Shown here: piece by piece, positions 59,792 through 64,000 of the stretch
Numbering within the stretch: position 1 is the stretch's first letter
Layout: each line of letters starts with the position of its first letter
The notes under the pieces: generated by a model
The model's database searches: none
Told to the model about the DNA's origin: nothing
What the model saw: the letters and a program-made list of their open reading frames with translations, nothing else
From: Lama glama
Lineage: Eukaryota
DNA length: 64,000 nt
Reading direction: 5' to 3'
Assembly (NCBI GenBank): GCA_028534125.1
Contig: CM052820.1
Location: forward strand, 1,488,001-1,552,000
Translations under genes and position numbers: made by a program

Positions 59792-61005
59792 TTTTTTATT
59801 GCTGAACATAAGTAGCACACAGCTGACCATTTTCATCATGTTTTAAGTGGACAGTCCAGTGTCATTAAGCGCCTTCACAGTGCTGTGTAATGACTAGCAC
59901 TGTCCATTTCCAGAACTCTCCCATCATCCCAAACAAAAACTTTCCCCGTAGACACTAACTCTCCACTCCCTGCTCCCCTCGCCCCTAGCAAGCTCTCGTC
60001 GACACCCGCCCTGGGACGGTCTGCCCTAGGGTGTCACGGAGGTGGCGTCCTGCACTAGTAGCCTCTTGTGTCTGGCCTCTTTCACTGGGCACAGTGTTTC
60101 CAAGGCTCATCTGTGTTGGGTCACAGATGAGACTCTCATTCCTTTTTCGGGCTGAGTAACATTCCGCCGTGCGTAGCGATCACGTGCTGTTTGTCACCCC
60201 TGGAGGGCACGCGGGCTGCTCCACTTCCTGGCCCCTGTGAACGATGCTCCTGTGGACGCTGACGGCTGTCAGTCCTGCTCCCGCACCTCTGGGTGGATTC
60301 CCGGGAACAGAGCTGCTGGGTCGCGTGGTAGTTGTGTGTGGAACTCGTGGAAGCCGCGGGGCTGCTTGCCACAGTGACGGGACCATTTACACTCCGGCGA
60401 TCCTGGGGTCCCAGTTCCGCCACATCCCCCACGTGTTACTTTCCTTCTGGGGCTCTGTCTGTCTGTCTGTTTTTTTGGTTTTCGATGATAGCCATTCTAG
60501 TCTCGTGAAGTGGTGTCTGACCGTGGTTTTCACGTGCACGTCCCTGATGCTTAGTGAGTTGAGCGCCTTTTCATGTGCTTGTTGGCCGTGTGTGGAGCTG
60601 CATTTGTTCGTCCTTGCTCATTTTGTAATTGGGTGGTCTGTTACTTTGTTGTGCGTCGTAGGAGTTCTCTGTCTATTCTGTGAATATGCTTTGCAAATAC
60701 TCTCTCCCATTCTGTGGGCTGTCTCTTCACTCTCTGGTGGAGTGTTCTTTGATGCACCAAAGGTTTTAGTTTGGATGAAGCCCAGTTTATCTGTTTTTCT
60801 CGTTCGTTGCTCATCCTTTTGGTGTCGTATCTGAGATACCACTGCCAAATCCAGTGCCGTGAAGGTTTCCTCGTTTCTTCTAAGAGTTCGATGGTTTTAG
60901 TTCTTATATTTAGGCCATTGATCTATTTTGAGCTAATTTTTCCATGTGGTTCAACTTCATTCCTTGTCCTTGGACGGCCGCTTGGCCTGACACCATTCGT
61001 TGCAG
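59792..61005 (-). mobile_element. L1MB-like 3' end, antisense
   Basis: TCCATTTCCAGAACTCTCCCATCATCCCAAAC. Minus ORF KTDKLGFIQTKTFGASKNT is an L1 ORF2 C-terminal remnant (KIDKLDFIKIKNFCASKDT). Confidence 0.85.
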
Positions 61006-62856
61006 AGAACGTGGCTTGCTTTAACGTTTTACTTTGGAAGCGTCTGGAGCTGCGCTCCCAGCTTAGTGCAGATCTTGCTTTTCTTAAACTGGGGTGTTGG
61101 AGCCGCATTTACAGCGTCTCCTCCTCTGGCTCCAGTCCCTGCCACCATGTTGCCGAGCCCCCCTCCCCATGATTTGCTCACCCCTCCAGGGATGGAGATT
61201 CTAAGTGGCTGACCCACTCTCCCTGGGGGCAGAACGGGTGCAGTTCAGCTTTGGTTCTCTGCTGTGTGATGCTGACTGCTAGCTGTTGCCTCACACGAGC
61301 GAGGCCCTGCGGGCCCCTGTCTCTCAGCCCACGGGCCCGGGCACGGCGGGCACGATGCGATGGCAGGTAGACTGCGAGCAGGGAACGGCGGGGAGCACAC
61401 GTGGGCACCCGGCCCTGCCCGGGCCCGGCAGCGCGGGTGCGGCCTGGAACCCCATTTCTGTGGGAGCTGCGCGGCCGGGCCCGCTGAGCCAGCGCCGCTG
61501 CGCTTACGTTCTCCTGCAGCCGTGTCGAGACCTAAGTTGCTGCTGTCCTCTTGGTTTTTGTTTTCATTTTTAGCAACATTTCTGTCTGAGGCGGGGTGGG
61601 GCCTGCCTGCCCTGGAGCGCGCGGCGGCCGCTTAGCGGGGCTGCTTTCCTCGCCAGCTGCCTCCGGCTGTGTTTCTTTCAGGGGGTCGTGGTTAACCTGT
61701 GGCCTTTGCAGGTCCTGCGTGGGCTGCAAATCCAGGGTCTCCTGAGGACTTTATGTTTGAAAATACTCCTCACGCACCGAAGGGTCCCTGCTGTTACCCT
61801 ACAGCCATTTCTTCTCCCTTGTGTTTGGCTGCCAGCCGGGCTCACTCATTCACTGTGTTAACCCCCCGCGTTTAGAGTGGCAGCTCGGCCTCGGGCCTGT
61901 GCAGGAAGCGCGCGCCGCTCGGGGCGTGGCCCCACTCAGAGATGCGTCTCGTAGCTTAGCTCATAGGGTAAGAGCCAGGCCTGTTCTTGCCTTTTTCTTT
62001 TAAGCTGACTGTTTGGTGGCACTGCTGCCTGCCCGGGAGGCGGGTGATCCTTCCTGCTCAGGCCCTGGGGGTGTGTGACCACAGGTTGTCCCCGAGCTCA
62101 CCCCCCGCTGTGGCACCAGCCGAGCTGCTGTCCTTTACATGCTTTCCTCACCCCCCAGGTCCTCCTGCCCACCCCGACCCGGCAGCTGGGGGGAGGCCGA
62201 GGTGGAGGCGCCATTGCGGGCCTCCCTCCCGCATTTCCCCACGATTCCTTCTCCGAGGGTGGAACGTGAGCTCTGTGCCTCCGTCATCTTGCCTCATGGC
62301 CTCCAAACGGACCGGCCGGAGTAACTGGATGGGTTTTGTTTTCAGGAAAGCAGTTTATTTAATAAGTGGGGAGGGGGACCCCGAGCCTGCGGGGTGGTCT
62401 GTGGGAGTCCTGAGATGTAGTGGACCGCCAGCCGCGGCCCCAGGCCCCTCCCCACCGGCACCGCGCGGAGTGTTCCTGGGGAAGCAGGACGGTGACCACC
62501 CTCGTGGAGTGTAATCCTCTGCCCTGGGGGTGCACGCTTCTCGCTGCTCTGTGTGGCGAGGGGTCGTGCACAGAGGGCTTTCCTCCTGTGGACGGAAGCA
62601 CCGTGACCGTCACCGGCGAGCGAGGGGCCAGCGGAACTAAGCACCTTTCCAAGGTACACCGCCCTTCCTGCTGAGGGCGGCTTACAGGTGAGCTGTGCTG
62701 ACTCGGCCCTGAGTACCTGCCCGATCGATCCGTCTCTGCGCAGTGAAGCCAGGCTGACACTTTCAGGAAAACAGCTGCATGTGTGTGGCCAGCGGTGGTG
62801 GCGTTTCAGCTTTCGAGCAGAAATCAGCACCTTTTTAAAAAACTTAATTTAGATTA

Positions 62857-62958
62857 ATTTTTTGAGGGAGAAGTAATTAGGCTTATTAATCTGATTATTT
62901 TTAAAGTGCTGGAGACTGAACCGAGAGCCTCCTGCACGCCGAGCCACACCCTCCCCCC
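62857..62958 (-). mobile_element. Degenerate, internally deleted Vic-1-type SINE
   Basis: GAGGGAGAAGTAATTAGGCTTATT..GTGCTGGAGACTGAACC..CCTCCTGCACGCCGAGCCACACCCTCCCCCC parallels the copy at 45445-45587. Confidence 0.7.
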
Positions 62959-64000
62959 GAAAGCAGAGCCTCGGGGCCGGCACCCCGCCGGGGCTGCCCG
63001 CGCATCCGTGCGGGCCCGGGAACTCCCGCTGGGGCAGCTCTTTCCCGCCGCCGGCTCTGGCGGCACGGACTCTAGGGGGCCGGGCTCCCTGCCTGTCACG
63101 GGGACAGAGCCCCCGGGGCTCACCGCGCCCCCCGCTGCAGTCGCGGCCTGCCCGCCTGGCTGCACACAGACAGGCACACCCACGGTTATCCCGGAGCCGT
63201 GGAGACGCTCCCCGTCCCCGCTGCGTCTCGGAGAGGTGGTTTCCTGCGTCACTGCCACCCAAGCACCTGTCACAACACGGGGAGCTCGGAAGCAGCGGCG
63301 ACAGCGCGGCTCAGCTCCCCAGTGGCACTGCCGCGCCCCAGACGTGCCGCCCTTGCGCCAGCTCGTCTCCGCTGTGGAGCTCGTCCTGCCTTGCGTTGGC
63401 AGTCAGTGGTGTCCATTATTATTTTTAAATGAAGTAAGTGACTATTTTAAACACACCTCAGTTGTAACTTCTGATACGGTAAATATTGGGAGCTATAATA
63501 TGACTGCAGCTCTCTGGGGTCCTGAATAATTTTTAAGAGGGTGGAGGGGCCCTGAGACTGGATACTGTGGGAACCTCTGTTCTAGGCCGTCTGGTGTTGA
63601 CAGTCATATGTTTGTTACCCTGAGGAGGCCCAGGAGGTGTGATGCACTGTCAGGGGCAGTGTTGACCTGCTGGGTGCCTGTGCACCTGTGCGGGGGCCGG
63701 GGGTTCTCCCTGGTTCCCCTGGGTGGCCAGGTGGTCCCAAGGTGACAGGAGTGGTACCACCTCCCCCCACAGGCGCTGCTGAGCAGGACTTGTAGCTGTT
63801 TGAAGTGACTGGTTACCCGTGTGCGCGCAGCATTCGCATTACACTGAATTACAGGTTACCATGGCTTATTACAGAAATTAATAATAGCTGATGAAGAATG
63901 AAATTGCTAGAATTTTTGTTCTCACTTAACCTTTTGTCATTTCGCAAAAAGGCAAACTTGAGGGAAGACAGTGGATCTGTGTGGGTCTTTAGAATGCTGC

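Noticed and set aside
1-64000. CRISPR arrays, operons or prokaryotic defence systems
   Set aside because: The sequence is mammalian, with no regularly spaced repeats or bacterial-type genes.

Overview
GC- and CpG-rich mammalian genomic DNA, not prokaryotic. It is most likely a camelid, based on two tRNA-Ala-derived Vic-1-type SINEs. Nearly all of the six-frame ORFs are chance ORFs in GC-rich sequence or decayed L1/ERV reading frames. The window behaves like the interior of long intron(s) of a + strand host gene that I cannot identify: the long L1 fragments and the ERV are antisense, and I recognise no host exon. It carries many old repeats (L1M fragments, MIR, L2, MLT1, Tigger2-like, MADE2), a 133-nt N gap, and several AT-rich non-repetitive islands with POU/SOX/homeodomain motifs that look like enhancers. 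The best novelty candidate is a compact minus-strand gene model at about 15.8-17.1 kb, with three exons, canonical GT-AG junctions, matching phases and a 233-260 aa product I do not recognise. Second is a two-LTR ERV1-class provirus (26.3-31.1 kb) that splits an L1MC element. It retains env immunosuppressive-domain and PBS remnants, and its two LTRs have diverged very asymmetrically in GC content. Repeat family names come from recalled consensus sequences and need RepeatMasker/Dfam confirmation.
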